From the human T2T-CHM13v2.0 reference genome, Homo sapiens, in assembly GCF_009914755.1 (NCBI RefSeq), contig NC_060935.1: DNA of 64,000 bases; one strand, 5' to 3'. Shown here piece after piece: positions 27,548 to 57,198 of this stretch (position 1 is its first letter; every line of letters begins with the position of its first letter). Under the pieces are notes generated by a model. That model made no database searches, had not been told where the DNA came from, and was given only the letters and a program-made list of their open reading frames with translations. Position numbers and translations under genes: made by a program.

Positions 27548-27905
27548 TGAGTAGCTGGGATTACAGACATGTGCCAGCACGCCCAGCTAATTTTGTATTT
27601 TTAGTAAAGATGGGGTTTCTCCATGTTAGTTAGGCTGTTTGTTCTTGAACTCCCGACCTCAGGTTATCCACCCGCCTTGGCCTCCCAAAGTGCTGGGATT
27701 ACAGACATGAGCCACCACTCCTGGCCGATTTCTTGCTTTTAACTGAAGAGTAAATGTGGGCCAGTTTATTAAAAATCCTCTGAAGGGGCCGGGCAGGGTG
27801 GCTTACACCTGTAATCCCAGCACTTTGGGGGGCCGAGGCAGGCGAATCATGAGGTCAGGAGTTCAAGACCAGCCTGGCCAACAAGGTGAAACCCCGTCTC
27901 TACTA

Positions 27906-28888
<983 letters not shown>

Positions 28889-29039
28889 TCAAGAATTCAT
28901 AGAAGTCATAACTTATAGAAACCTCCTGTGGAGCAGAAAAATAAAATGAAAGAAGTAATAACTTAGTATTGCTGTTTTGGAAAATGCTGCTTTCACTTTT
29001 GATTCATACATGTGAAAGAAATAGTAAAGAAATAGTTAA

Positions 29040-29177
<138 letters not shown>

Positions 29178-30086
29178 TGAGTAACTGGGATTACAGGTGC
29201 GTGCCACCACGCCCGGCTAATTTTTGTATTTTTAGCAGAGACTGGATTTCTCCATGTTGGTCAGGCTGGTCTCCAACTCCTGACCTCGTGATACACCCAC
29301 CTTGGCCTCCCAAAGTGCTGGAATTACAGATGTGAGCCACCGCGCCCAGCCATATTTGTTTATTATTTTGAGTTGTTGATACTTTCTTTTTACATGAAGT
29401 CTGTAGTTTATAAAATGATGAATTTGTCTACTTCAGAGTTAGGGGGAAGAGTTATCGGTGTGTACTGGCAGCAGGCTGTGGATTCAGAACTGTGAAAGCT
29501 TCTCCCAATACTATTCAGTCTTGTTTCTACCTGTTTCTTGGGGTTTCAGTGTTTCTACACTAATTTTTAGGTTAATTTCTTGGGTTTTCATTTCCTTATG
29601 CATGTAGGTAGTTTGATTATGGATCTTACATTTATGTGCTCTTCTGACTTGTGCTTTTAATATTTTGGGAGCAACTTGCCCACCTCTCAACATTGCCATG
29701 ATAGATGGCAAACCTCTTTGTGGCTTCTCCAGGCTTCTTTGAGCATCTGTGATCAAGGAAAGGAGCACTTGGCTGTTGGGCTTTATGCAGGGTACAGGGC
29801 TTTTACCTACCTATAAGGTTAAGGTCATATCTCCCAACCCTATTCTTACTCTCATGTGTTTGTCAAAAGGACCTAACCCTTGTCCCTCACAGGCCTCGGT
29901 TCCCTGGCATCAGATTTTCCTTACATCTATAGCTTTGATTGTACTCTTTATGGAATCTGGAATATCTACCATTTTTCTAGTTCAGCTGTGTGTCCGAACA
30001 TTTTTATTGTCATTTTATCTACATCTTTATGTGTTTGTAGTGGGAGGGGGAACTGACAGCATCAGTTCAGTCCACCCTGTTGATGA

Positions 30087-30353
<267 letters not shown>

Positions 30354-30447
30354 TAGCCAAGATGGTCTCGATCTCCTGACCTCGTGATCCGCCTGCCTCG
30401 GTCTCCCAAAGTGCTGGGATTACAGGCGTGAGCCACCGCACCTGGCC

Positions 30448-30953
30448 AAGAATGCATTAAAATATTTTAAATAATTTTTTGTTGTTTAAAAGTGAAAAAA
30501 ATATAAACAAGAAACTGATTCACTCCCTTACTTCATGCATTCATCATCTAAACCAAAAACAAAATTTTAAAGCAAGAACAAACTACTGCGGAAAGTTTTT
30601 GTAAGTCCATTTTCTCTGTACATTCAAACTGCTGACTACTGAAGGGAAAAAAATATAATCCATGGTGTCTGCTGAATCAAAGGGGAGAAACAAGGCTGTC
30701 ATTTAGTATCCAAAAACTGATACACGTATGTTCTGCTTTTATAATGTGTATTTTTCTCTCTTCTGTTTTTCATATCCAAAACTTGTAAATGCTATTTTAG
30801 GGGCAAAGCAGATTAGATTCCAACACTTGTTGAACAGAATTCACAAGCTGTGACAAAACTCTGTCATCTTCGGGGTGCAATTTTGTTTATATACACTGTA
30901 TGTATATATTTCTTTTAGATTTGGCTGTAGTGGACTGGCCGTGGTTCAAGTGC
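30448..30953 (-). pseudogene. Possible processed-pseudogene fragment (mRNA 3'UTR-like), parent not identified
   Basis: Non-Alu, non-L1 block that reads like a 3'UTR on the minus strand (U-rich, TGTATATA and TGTACAGA motifs). No ORF support. Confidence 0.45.
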
Positions 30954-31030
30954 CACCTTCATTCTAAGGCAAGGATATGCTGTGATGAAATCTTGGAAGT
31001 ACAGCTAGAGTCATCATTCTAGCTGTTTGA

Positions 31031-31129
<99 letters not shown>

Positions 31130-31131
31130 TA

Positions 31132-31371
<240 letters not shown>

Positions 31372-31434
31372 CTAATTTTAGAAGACATTTATGCTGGGTG
31401 AAAGTTTTTCTCCACTCTATTATGGACCATATGA

Positions 31435-31780
<346 letters not shown>

Positions 31781-32023
31781 TAATTTGATTTTTTTTAATT
31801 CAAATCTACAGAAAAGTTGGAAGAATATTACAGTGAATTTTTATGTACTCTTCCCTTAGATTTGCACATTGTTCACTCTTTACCACATTACTTTCTTTCT
31901 CCTATATATTGTATAACTATTATTTTTGCATTATATTTACACATTCTTATTCTTTTTTTTTTTTCTGAACCCTTCAGAGATGTTACTTATATCTCATGAA
32001 TAAGAATGTGGACCAAAATGTAA

Positions 32024-32314
<291 letters not shown>

Positions 32315-32719
32315 TGAGCCACCACAACCAGCCAAATTCAGGAAATTTAATATTGATGCAATACTGTTACCTAGTATACAGTTGGGTTCAAATGTTGCCA
32401 GTTGTTTCAGTACTGTCCTTCACAGAAACTTTTTAAGAAATCCAGGAACTGGTCCAGCATCAAGCTTTGCATTTAGTTGTCACACTTTATTCTCCTTTAA
32501 TCTAAAATGGATCTTCAGATTTTTTTTTTTTTGTTCTTTTATAACACTGACGTTTTTGAAGAGTGACGAGCCCATTATATTATTAAATTTTCAGCCTTTC
32601 AATTTGAGCTTGTCCAATCACTTCCTCATGGTTAGTTTCAGGTTATACAGTTTTAGCAAGAAAGCTATGTAAGTAATACATCACATCAGAAGGGATGTGA
32701 AGTCAGTTTCTTCAATTGT

Positions 32720-34610
<1,891 letters not shown>

Positions 34611-35246
34611 TATGTTATCTTTGATGACTTTGTTAAGATTGTATCCACCAGGTTTCTCTTTGTAATTAATAAGTAGTAACCTGTGTTCCCATAGATTGTG
34701 TAAATATCTCATTTGTAAATAAAGTTTCACCCAGAAATTTTAGCATTCCTTGGTGATTTGCTTGAACCAGTTATTCCTATAATGGTTACAAAATTGTCAT
34801 TTTCTAAGTCTGCTATTCTTACATTTATTTATTGTATTATACTATAAAGAAGTATTTTCCCCATCTTCATTTATTGCACAGCTCCCTTTGAAACCACAGT
34901 GTTAGGAGGAAGGTGTAAACATTTGCTATAGAAAAAAAGGACTATGTCAGGAAAGGATTGTATCTGCTCTTCCACTGTTAGTTTAAGAAATAAGGTCGGG
35001 TGCGGTAATCCTGTAATCCCAGCACTGTGGAAAGCCGAGGTGGATGGATCACTTGAGGCCAGGAGTTCGAGACCAGCCTGGCCAACATGGCAAAACCTCA
35101 TCTCTACTAAAAATAAGATAATTAGCCCGGGCCGGGCGTGATGGCTCACGCCTGTAATCCCAGCACTGTGGGAGGCCGCAGTGGGCAGATACCTGAGGTC
35201 AGGAGTTTGAGTCCAGTCTGGCCAACATGATGAAACCCTATCTCTA

Positions 35247-35444
<198 letters not shown>

Positions 35445-35455
35445 TTATAAATTAA

Positions 35456-36211
<756 letters not shown>

Positions 36212-36910
36212 TCACCTGAGGTCAGGAGTTCTAGATCAGCTTGGCCAACACGGTGAAACCCCATCTCCATTAAAAATACAAAAATAAGCTGGTGTGGTGG
36301 CATGTGCCTCTGGTCTCAGCTACTCGGGAGGCTGAAGCAGGAGAATCACTTGAACCTGGCAGGTGGAGATTGCAGTGAGATCGTGCCACTGCATACCAGT
36401 CTGGGTGACAGAGTGAGACTCTGTCTCAAAAAAAACCTGAAAACAAAACCCCGCGTTTTAAGCATCCAAAGTGTTGAATATTTGTCAGCAAATAGTTTTT
36501 TTTTTTAATTACAGGTAAAACATTCTATTATTTCTTTAATAGTTTTGAGGTTACTGCTTATATATTTTATGTAAGTAGAAGTAGGCATTATACAAATGTG
36601 AAAGCAATGTTGTTAATATGCCAGGAATTGTTACTCAGAAAAACTGAATTTGGGATTCATTTTTAGAATAAATCAAGGAAATATTAATTGGTTAACTGTT
36701 CATTGTTAATATTAGATTAGGTCCATATATATCTAACAGTCTTCTCTACACAGCAACCTGAGCAATCCTTTTTAAAAATGTACTTGTTGAGGTGTAATTG
36801 ACATAAATAAATTATATCCATTATAAATTTACAGTTTCACAAATTTTGGCAAATGCATAAGTCTTATAATCACCACCACAATCAAAACATGGAAATTCCT
36901 ATCACTTTAA

Positions 36911-37664
<754 letters not shown>

Positions 37665-38000
37665 TGATCCACCCGCTTCGGCCTCCCAAAATGCTGGGAT
37701 TACAGGCATGAGCCACCATGCCTGGCCGACCCTGCTTAATCTTAATAAGCACTTAATACTTTCAAACATATTTTAATTATTTTTATTGTCAGCTCCCCCT
37801 TGTTAGAATACAAGCTCCATAATATCATGAATTTTTGACTGATTACAAATTTCTGGTTAAACATGACAGAGTGACTACATATATCTGTTCTGTTTATTTA
37901 TTTATTTATTTATTCATTTTATTTTTGGTCTCCTAAGGCTGTGTCGTCCCAAAGATACTAAGTAACAGGCAGAATTGGATATGGCACAAATTTCTGTTTA

Positions 38001-38150
38001 AAGAGATGCGGTCTCGCTCTGTTGCCCAGGCTGTTGTGCAGTGGTATTCACAGTCATGATCATATTTCTCTACAGCATCTTGGACTCAAGTGATTCTCCT
38101 GCCTCAGCCTCCTGAGTAGCTGGGACTACAGGTATGTGCCACCAGGCCCC
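38001..38150 (-). mobile_element. FAM (fossil Alu monomer, 7SL-derived SINE)
   Basis: Monomer carrying the FAM-type segment GTGCAGTGG(C)TATTCACAG (reverse complement of CTGTGAATAGCCACTGCAC), which is absent from dimeric Alu arms. Confidence 0.75.
38076..38131 (+). other. ATG13: ATG13 5'UTR exon 2 (56 nt), exonised from an antisense FAM/Alu monomer
   Basis: Acceptor catatttctctacag|CATC and donor CTACAG|GTATGT. The size fits my recollection of the ATG13 leader (56-nt exon, then 13 nt before ATG), which is not verified here. Confidence 0.75.
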
Positions 38151-38597
38151 ATTTCTTTTTAAGCCATATAAAATTATAGTAAAGGAATAAAATGGATGTA
38201 AACATGCAAGAATAGAATGGGAAAAGCTGAGAAGGAGAGATTCTCTACATTTTTGGGAGAAGGAAACCTAGAGGAGGAATTTTAACTGGTTTAACAATGC
38301 AGAAGAAGCAGCAGCCTGGGAGTGAAATGAAGTTGGAACAGGAAGTGAACTGATTTGAACCAAGAACCCTGTAATGGTTCCAGACTGGAGGTTCTAGGTA
38401 GCTAAGGTTCAGGGAAGGCTCCAGATTCAGAAATACCAAACACCGCTTGTGTGTTTCATGATGAGTGAGTGGACCAGTTACAAAGGCCAAATGGAGATAA
38501 ATATGGTAAAAATCAATTTACCTGATTTCTCACTGTGCTTGTTACATCCAGAAAGCTGATAGGTAGACTTATGCTTGGCCTTGGCAAGAAATTAGAG

Positions 38598-45058
<6,461 letters not shown>

Positions 45059-45699
45059 ATTGAGAAAGAATTCTACAAACTGCAGATTAAGGATCAGAGG
45101 TTTCCTAAGGATAAGGGGTATTAAGGAGTGGCTAAAGGGAGGCATGAGGAAACTTTTGGGAACTATAGGGGTTCACTATTTTGTTTTTGGTGATGGTTTT
45201 ACCATACATAAGTGTGTTGAATCCTATTAAATTGTATACTTTCAACATACTGTTTATTGAGAGCTACAACTCAGCTATTTTTATTGATCTATTTTGAGAT
45301 GGAGTCTCACTCTGTTTCCCAGGATGGGATGCAGTGGTGCAATAAAACAAAATGTTTCTACAAGAAAATACAGGAGAATATCTTCATGATTTGCAGATCA
45401 GCAAAAATGTATTTTCTTTTCTCTGAATTTTAATAATTTATTAATCTTTCGTTTGATGGTAAGCACTTTTTTATGTTCAAAAAATAATGTTTTTCCAGGG
45501 TTCAAGTGATTCTCTTGCCCAAGCCTCCCGAGCAGCTGGGATTACAGGTGTACACCACCACTCCTGGCTAATTTTTGTATTTTTTTGGTAGAGACAGGGT
45601 TTTGCCATGTTGGCCAGGATGGTCGCAAATTCCTGACCTCAAGTGATCTGCCTGCCTCAGCTTCCCAAAGTGCATCAAAACTATTTTTCATATGGAAAT

Positions 45700-47525
<1,826 letters not shown>

Positions 47526-47545
47526 ATATATATATATTGCCCAGC

Positions 47546-48344
47546 TGTAACTGTAACAGGTCCATTGTTCATTTCGTGCAGCAAGTGAGTATGCGGAGAC
47601 ACTGGGTTGCAGCAGAGAAAAGAGGTTTAATTGTAGGGTTGCCAAAACAGGAAACAGGAGGAACCCTCAAATCCGCCTCCCAGGGAGTTTGTGGGTAGAG
47701 TTTCAATTTAAGAGTTTGAGAGTGGGCTGAAGTGTGGAGATCATTGGTCAAAGTATGCAGGGTAAAGTCATGGCACAGAGAGATGAAGAAGCTATATTCT
47801 TACACTGGTTTGGTTTCTCTGTGGGGGGGCCTTTAAACTGTTTGGTGTCAGCTATTCTGCTGTACTTCAGGATCTGCTTATGCAATTTTTTTTTTTTTTT
47901 TTTTTGACAGGGTCTTGCTCTGTCCCCCATGTTGGAGTGTAGTGGCACGATCTCAGCTCACTGCAGTCTCTGCCTCCCAGGCTCAAGCAATCCTCCTGTC
48001 TCAGCCTCCTGAGTAGCTGGGACTACCATGCCCAGCTAATTTTTATATTTTTTTTTCCTAGAGATGGGGTTTCACCATGTTGCCCAGGCTGGTCTCAAAC
48101 TCTTGGACTAAAGTGATTCTCCCATCTTGGCCCCCCAAAGTACTGGGATTACAGGCATGAGCCACTGTGCCCATGTATTTAAGCAATTCTTAAACAAAAG
48201 TCTTATGATTCTAACATCAGGGAGCCTGTCTGTAGAACAGTAGGGATGCAAATGGTTACAAGGAAGTGGGTCAAAGTACAGCGTGATTAATGGTTAATTA
48301 TATTTCTGTCCAGAATTCTTGTTAATCTTCTAAGAATGGCTTCA
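47546..48344 (-). mobile_element. ERV1-type solo LTR (TG...CA) with an internal Alu
   Basis: Begins TGTAAC and ends GGCTTCA, with flanks CAGC/TAGC. Alu at ~47886-48172. ATTAAA on the minus strand near 47625. Confidence 0.6.
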
Positions 48345-48394
48345 TAGCCACTGTCTGTTAGTATATTCAGTCTCTTGTTAAAAAATAAAAAATA

Positions 48395-49790
48395 GGTTCC
48401 ATCAGAATGGCAAGCCACCTCTGGGAGAAGATATTTGCAGTATGTATATCCAACGAAGTACTTGTATCCAGAATATATGTTTAAAACTTCAGTAAGGAAA
48501 AGAAAACCCAATGGTAAAAATGGGCAAAAGGCTTAAACTAGCACTTCACAAAAGAAGATATCTTAGCTAGAGCCTCTGTTTCCAGCTACTCGGAGGCCGA
48601 GGCAGGAGGATTGCCTGAGCCTGGATGATTGAGGCTGCGATCGTGCCACTGCACTCCAGTCTAGGCAACAGAGCAAGATTTTGTCTCACAAAATTAAAAA
48701 ATACAACAATAAGATAGGATATCCAAATTGCTAATAAGCACATGAAAAGGTGCTAATAGGGGAAATTTCAGTCATCAGGGAAATGCAGATTAGATGAGAT
48801 ACTACCAGATACTACTATCTTTACCAGAATGGCTAAAATTAAAGAATAAGTATTACCAAGTGGTGTATAGATTTATAGCAACTGGAGCACTTGAACGCTG
48901 CTGGACTGTGAACTGGTACAGATACTTTAAACCTTTCTGGCAGTGTCTGTTTAAGCTAAACATACGTACCGTGTACTCAGTGACCCACCATTAACATTCC
49001 TGACTTTGTCTCTGATAGCAGTGAATGTTTACATCCACCAAAAGACACATATAAGAATATGATAGCTAAAAACAGGAAACAACTCAAATGTTTATCATCA
49101 GTAGAATTTTATTTATTTATTTAAGATGGAGTCTTGCTCCATTGCCCAGGCTGGAGTGCAGTGGTGCGATCTCGGCTCACTGCAACCTCTGCCTCCTGGG
49201 TTCAAGCAGTTCTCTGCCTCAGCCTCCTGAATAGCAGGGATTACAGGTGCCCACCATCACACCCAGCTAATTTTTGTATTTTTAGTAGAGACGGGGTTTC
49301 ACCATCTTGGCCAGGCTGGTCTTGAACTCCTGACCTTGTGATCCACCCGCCTCGGCCTCCCAAAGTGGTGGGATTACAGGCGTGAGCCACTGTGCCCGGC
49401 CTAGAATTTATTTTTAATATTACGTTATATTCATGAGATAGGGTACTATGAAGCAATGAAAAAGAATAAACTGCTGCTACATCCAACAATATAGATGAAT
49501 TGTATTATAGACATAATGTTGAATAAAAGCCACACACAAAAAAGTTAGTATTATTGATTATATTTGTAAGAAATTCAAAACAACCCAAACTAATCTGTGG
49601 TGATATAAATCAGTAATTATTTCCTTTTGGTGGATTTATAGACTGAGAGGGGTGTAATGGAACCTTCTAGAATATTGGATATGTTCTATAACTGTATCTG
49701 GATTGTGGTTATATGGGTGTATACATATAAAAATATTTATTGACCTGTACACCCAAGATTTGTGCATTTCAGTGCATCTAAGTTATACCT
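48395..49790 (+). mobile_element. Old L1M (L1MD/ME-type) ORF2 end and 3'UTR with Alu insertions
   Basis: L1 hallmarks: TGGGAGAAGATATTTGCA, AAATGGGCAAAAGGCTTAAACTAGCACTTCACAAAAGAAGATAT, CATCAGGGAAATGCAGATTA. Confidence 0.85.
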
Positions 49791-50234
49791 GATTTTTTTT
49801 TTTTTTTCGTGACAGAGTTTTTTACTCCTGTTGCCCAGGCTGGAGTGCAGTGGAGCACCCATGGCTCACTGCCCATGGCTCACTGCAGCCTTGACCTCCA
49901 GGGCTCAGGCCATTCTCCCACCTCATCCTCCCGAGTAGCTAGGACTACAGGCATGTGCCACCATGCCTGGCTAAATTTTTTTGTATTTTGATTAGAGACG
50001 GGTTGTGCCATGTTGTCCAGGCTGGTCTCCAACTCCTGGTCTGTGATCCTGCAAGTGATCCAACTGCCTCAGCCTCCTAAACTGTTGGGATTACAGGTGT
50101 GCACCACCGTGCCCGACCAAAAAAAAATTTAACGTGTACCCATTATTTCCTCTTTCAGCTCTCCTTTTGTTTATTCTTTTCCTTAAAATCTTTTCCCAGT
50201 CTGGCTTCCCTGTTTTTGTTAAATGAAACTCTAG

Positions 50235-50726
<492 letters not shown>

Positions 50727-50952
50727 TGATTTCCCCATTTTTCATACTCAAAAGTGTTCTGCATTATGCCCGTAAAGCTATCTTTCTAAAGCACCATTCA
50801 GGATGTTGTTACCACTCTGATTGTGTCACTTCCTCTCGTCAAAAGCCTTGGGTGGGCTCCCCTGTCTCGCACACTAGGTGCAGATCTGGCTTCTAGACGC
50901 TGATTGTATTCAAGATGCTCATGGTCTGGCCCCAACCAGCTGTATTACTTCC

Positions 50953-51480
50953 TGTGAACAAAAGTTCTCTGCAAAGGAATTTGGAGGAAAGAGACTTTAT
51001 CCCAGTGAACAGTTTGTAACCTGGCAGAACAAAGGGAGGGTGCAGGTTTTATAGTGCCTAGGTTCAGAGTCAGGTCTGTTTATGCAAAGGAAGGATTGAA
51101 ACTTGCCTAGTTCTGGTTGGTCAGCATAGCCGAGTTCTGATTGGTTGATACAGCTGACCCCTGATTGGTTAGTTTCCAGGCCCAAAACCAGAGGTCTCTC
51201 AGACATTTGTTTCAAACGGCTGATTGAGGGAGTTCAGGGGTTGGGGGTTGGCGGTTCTTGCCCAGTTTAGCTTGGGATCAACAGCTCCAACAACGTGTCC
51301 AATCAACAACAGCTTGATTGTAAAAAGGGAGGTCTTCTACTACTTTTATACATGTTTTTGAGAACAAAGAGTACATGACTACTTGGTCCCCCAGCTATGG
51401 CCATCTTGTTCTGTTTTAAACATGACACCCCTCAGCTGCGGGAGTCTATTTTATCTGCTGGCTCAGGACGTCCATTAACA
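50953..51480 (-). mobile_element. Intact-length solo LTR (ERV1/MER-type), antisense to ATG13
   Basis: TG...CA ends. Minus-strand CCAAT boxes at 51140-51144 and 51164-51168, TATAAAA at 51047-51053, and a degenerate poly(A) signal near 50995. Confidence 0.7.
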
Positions 51481-52325
51481 TTTTCCAACTATACTCAATC
51501 CTTTGGAAAACTGGAGAAAACTGGAGTACTTAATATTTCTAAACCTAATTTGCTCTGTATTGTTTATACCTCTTTGTTCATGCTCGTCTCTCTCTAAATG
51601 CATTCTTTCTCTCAAATCATCTCAAATCATTTCAACCTGGGAGGGCTTTTTTTTTTTTTTTTTTAAATGAGACCGGGTCTCACCATGTTGATCTTGCCCA
51701 AGCTGGTCCAAATTCCTTGGCTCAAGCAGTCCTCCTGCCTTGGCCTCCCAATGTGTTGGGATTACAGGCATGACCCATAGCGGCCAGCCAGGGAGGGCAT
51801 TCATGGTGTGTTTCATGAAATCCATGAATCCCCATGAAATTATATGCAAACATTCCTATATGTATGTTTTTTTCTGGAGAAAGGGCTTTTGTCAATAGAT
51901 TCTCAAAAGCCCATAACTCCCCAAAGTTAAATTGATTTAGTGGCCTTTGAAGGAATATAAATTAACTAATGTGTGTTCAGCAAAGTTTATGTCTCATTAA
52001 AATTTAGTCCTGAATCTGCTGGATGATGAAATAATTTTGAATGGATAATTAAAGCTCAAAGTTTCAGAATCAGGTAAAATGTTCTCATTCATTTTTTAGG
52101 TTCCTAGATGTAGCTCAGTGTGGAATCTGTTTTCCTCAAGAGATAGTATCTCAGTATTTTTCACTTTGGTATCTTTAGTTAAAGGAAATTTTTTTCCTCC
52201 CACTCCCACATGATTATTCCTAGGCTAGTAGACAATACCATCTCTGTATGCTTTGATGTATCAATGCCTTTTTAAAGATATTAGTCATATTTTTTTCACT
52301 TTTTTTTTTTAGATTCCTATAGGCA

Positions 52326-52394
52326 ATGGAAACTGATCTCAATTCCCAGGACAGAAAGGACCTGGACAAGTTTATTAAATTTTTTGCCCTCAAG
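52326..52394 (+). CDS. ATG13: ATG13 first coding exon (exon starts 52313), [23 protein letters not shown]
   Basis: T-tract acceptor ending at 52312, GCAATGG start context, donor AAG|GTAATG. This is the known ATG13 N-terminus. Confidence 0.96.
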
Positions 52395-53372
52395 GTAATG
52401 TGTCCATTCTCTTGAGCCTAGAACTGTTAGAAATAACTTCCGTGCTTCTCCCTTTTGCGAACAACTCTCTTTGGAAAGTAGCATAACAGCTTGCAGCTTG
52501 CCCATTTTAAGGGATACTTCTGTCTGTTGTCAACCAAACTGTGAGGTATGGGGGCGGTATTGGGGGTGTAGCTAAAATGTAGCTTCCAATTTTCCACAGC
52601 TACTTGTTCAAAAAAAAAATTTTTTTTTTTTTTGCAAGTCTGTTTGCAGAAATGTCAAACTGTTATGCCAGGTTATTGGCACAGTATGTTCCCTTTGGGT
52701 GGGAACAAAGACCATCAGCTGGAATGGGCAGCATTTTGGACATCTTTCCTTAAGTTTCAAGTAATCCTGAAATGTTCAACTTTTATATATTCTTCCCTTC
52801 CTGGTAAATGAGGAATTAAAATTGAATTTTGAATGCCATATTTTCCTAAATCTAAAAATCATTTCTACCTATGTCACTCCTCTCAACCATTGCCATGCTA
52901 GAACAATCCATGTAGTTGATTTTAGTTGTAAAATTATGTGGAAGACTTTTGCCATATGGGCCAAATGATATGAATAATTGTGGAATTTTTGTTTTAAATC
53001 TACCATGGTGTTATAAGTTTGTGGCAGGGAATATTTAAAACCACAGTTGGACACGTTTCTTTATGAACATCATAGCCACCATGCTCAGCTTTCCTTCTGC
53101 CATATGAGAATATTACAGTTTCCAAGCCTCAACCTGTAATTCCTTTCATTGGTTGACACTGTACCCTCAGGAATGTTTATAAAGTTATTTTTTGTATGTG
53201 GTGTTTTTTCTGTTCTCAAAAATTAAAATTATACTGTTTCCCAAAGTATACTTATGATTAATTGGCATCTTTTAAACTCTGTATTGGGAGGATTTTAACC
53301 CTGATCGGGAGCCAGATTAGTCTAAGACTTTTCATCATTTTAGGATTTCTTTTGTGTTTTTTTTTTCTTTAG

Positions 53373-53453
53373 ACTGTCCAAGTGATTGTCCAGGCTCGGC
53401 TTGGTGAAAAGATTTGCACTCGTTCATCATCTTCTCCAACGGGTTCAGATTGG
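53373..53453 (+). CDS. ATG13: ATG13 coding exon 2, [27 protein letters not shown]
   Basis: ttctttag|ACT ... TGG|gtaaaa, 81 nt, phase 0-0. HORMA-domain IVQARLG motif. Confidence 0.96.
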
Positions 53454-53903
53454 GTAAAATTCTATTATTTACTAAGGTGTATACTGTAGTGTTTGTCACA
53501 AGGAATGTGTAAAGTTCTCAAGTGCAATAATAAGTAATACCATTTATAGTATTATAAAAGTAAAATATCTAATTCCATTTGATCCATTTACTTGAAAAGG
53601 TTGTTCTTATTGTATGTTAATCCTGAATTTATTTGGTTCTTAACTTTCTGCTGTGATAGATGAAAAGCTTAGTCCTTGTAAGATAAAAATTGTGTCTTAG
53701 CTAATTTTTGTAATGATAATTACCTTTTTCAACTTGAGATTTGGGGCTTTGATGCAGGATTATCCCTTATGGGGAAGGGAGAAGTGAATGAATTGTCTTC
53801 CTTAATCAGCCACAGCAATACTTGCATTACCCAGCATACACTAATTTCTTTTTCCATAATGTTCCTGTGAGTGTTTCATGCAAAAGTCCCTTTTGTTTTC
53901 CAG

Positions 53904-54023
53904 TTCAACTTAGCAATCAAAGACATCCCAGAGGTTACACATGAAGCAAAGAAGGCACTGGCAGGACAGCTGCCTGCAGTCGGGAGGTCCATGTGTGTGG
54001 AGATTTCACTTAAGACTTCTGAG
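53904..54023 (+). CDS. ATG13: ATG13 coding exon 3, [40 protein letters not shown]
   Basis: ttttccag|TTC ... GAG|gtaagg, 120 nt. Matches the middle of ORF 53871..54287. Confidence 0.96.
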
Positions 54024-54156
54024 GTAAGGCTATGGCCAGGTTGGTGTCTTCATTTAGCACTGAAGGCTCCTCACACTCTGAGTCCAGTTCATTTCTCAGT
54101 CTTATTCCTGCCCCTTTCCTCTCTGATATTCTTATCATTCTCTGAGGGGGTCATAG

Positions 54157-56813
<2,657 letters not shown>

Positions 56814-57151
56814 AGAGAGAGAGAGAAACAACCTTTATGTCCAAGAATTGGAGGACTGGTTGGATAAAATGATAGTCATATGGTGGGATACTGTGGAACC
56901 ATTTTAAATGATTTAGAATTTTTAATTATAAGGAAAATTCCATGACGTATTTATTAAGAAAAAACAAGTCATCAAAATAGCATATAGACTGTGATTGCCC
57001 TTTTATTTAGAGAAGAGGCTTGTTCGATTATAAGTTGATATCTATTCTTTTTTTTTTGCTTATCTATACCTTTTAATATTTTTATAGTGACTGTAATGCT
57101 TTGAAATTAAAAATTTTTTAAACAAATATTTTAAATTTGTCCTTTCTACAG

Positions 57152-57198
57152 GGAGATTCCATGGAGCTGGAAATATGGTGTCTTGAAATGAATGAAAA
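57152..57198 (+). CDS. ATG13: ATG13 coding exon 4, GDSMELEIWCLEMNE(K)
   Basis: cctttctacag|GGA ... AA|gtaagt, 47 nt, phase 0-2. Confidence 0.95.
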
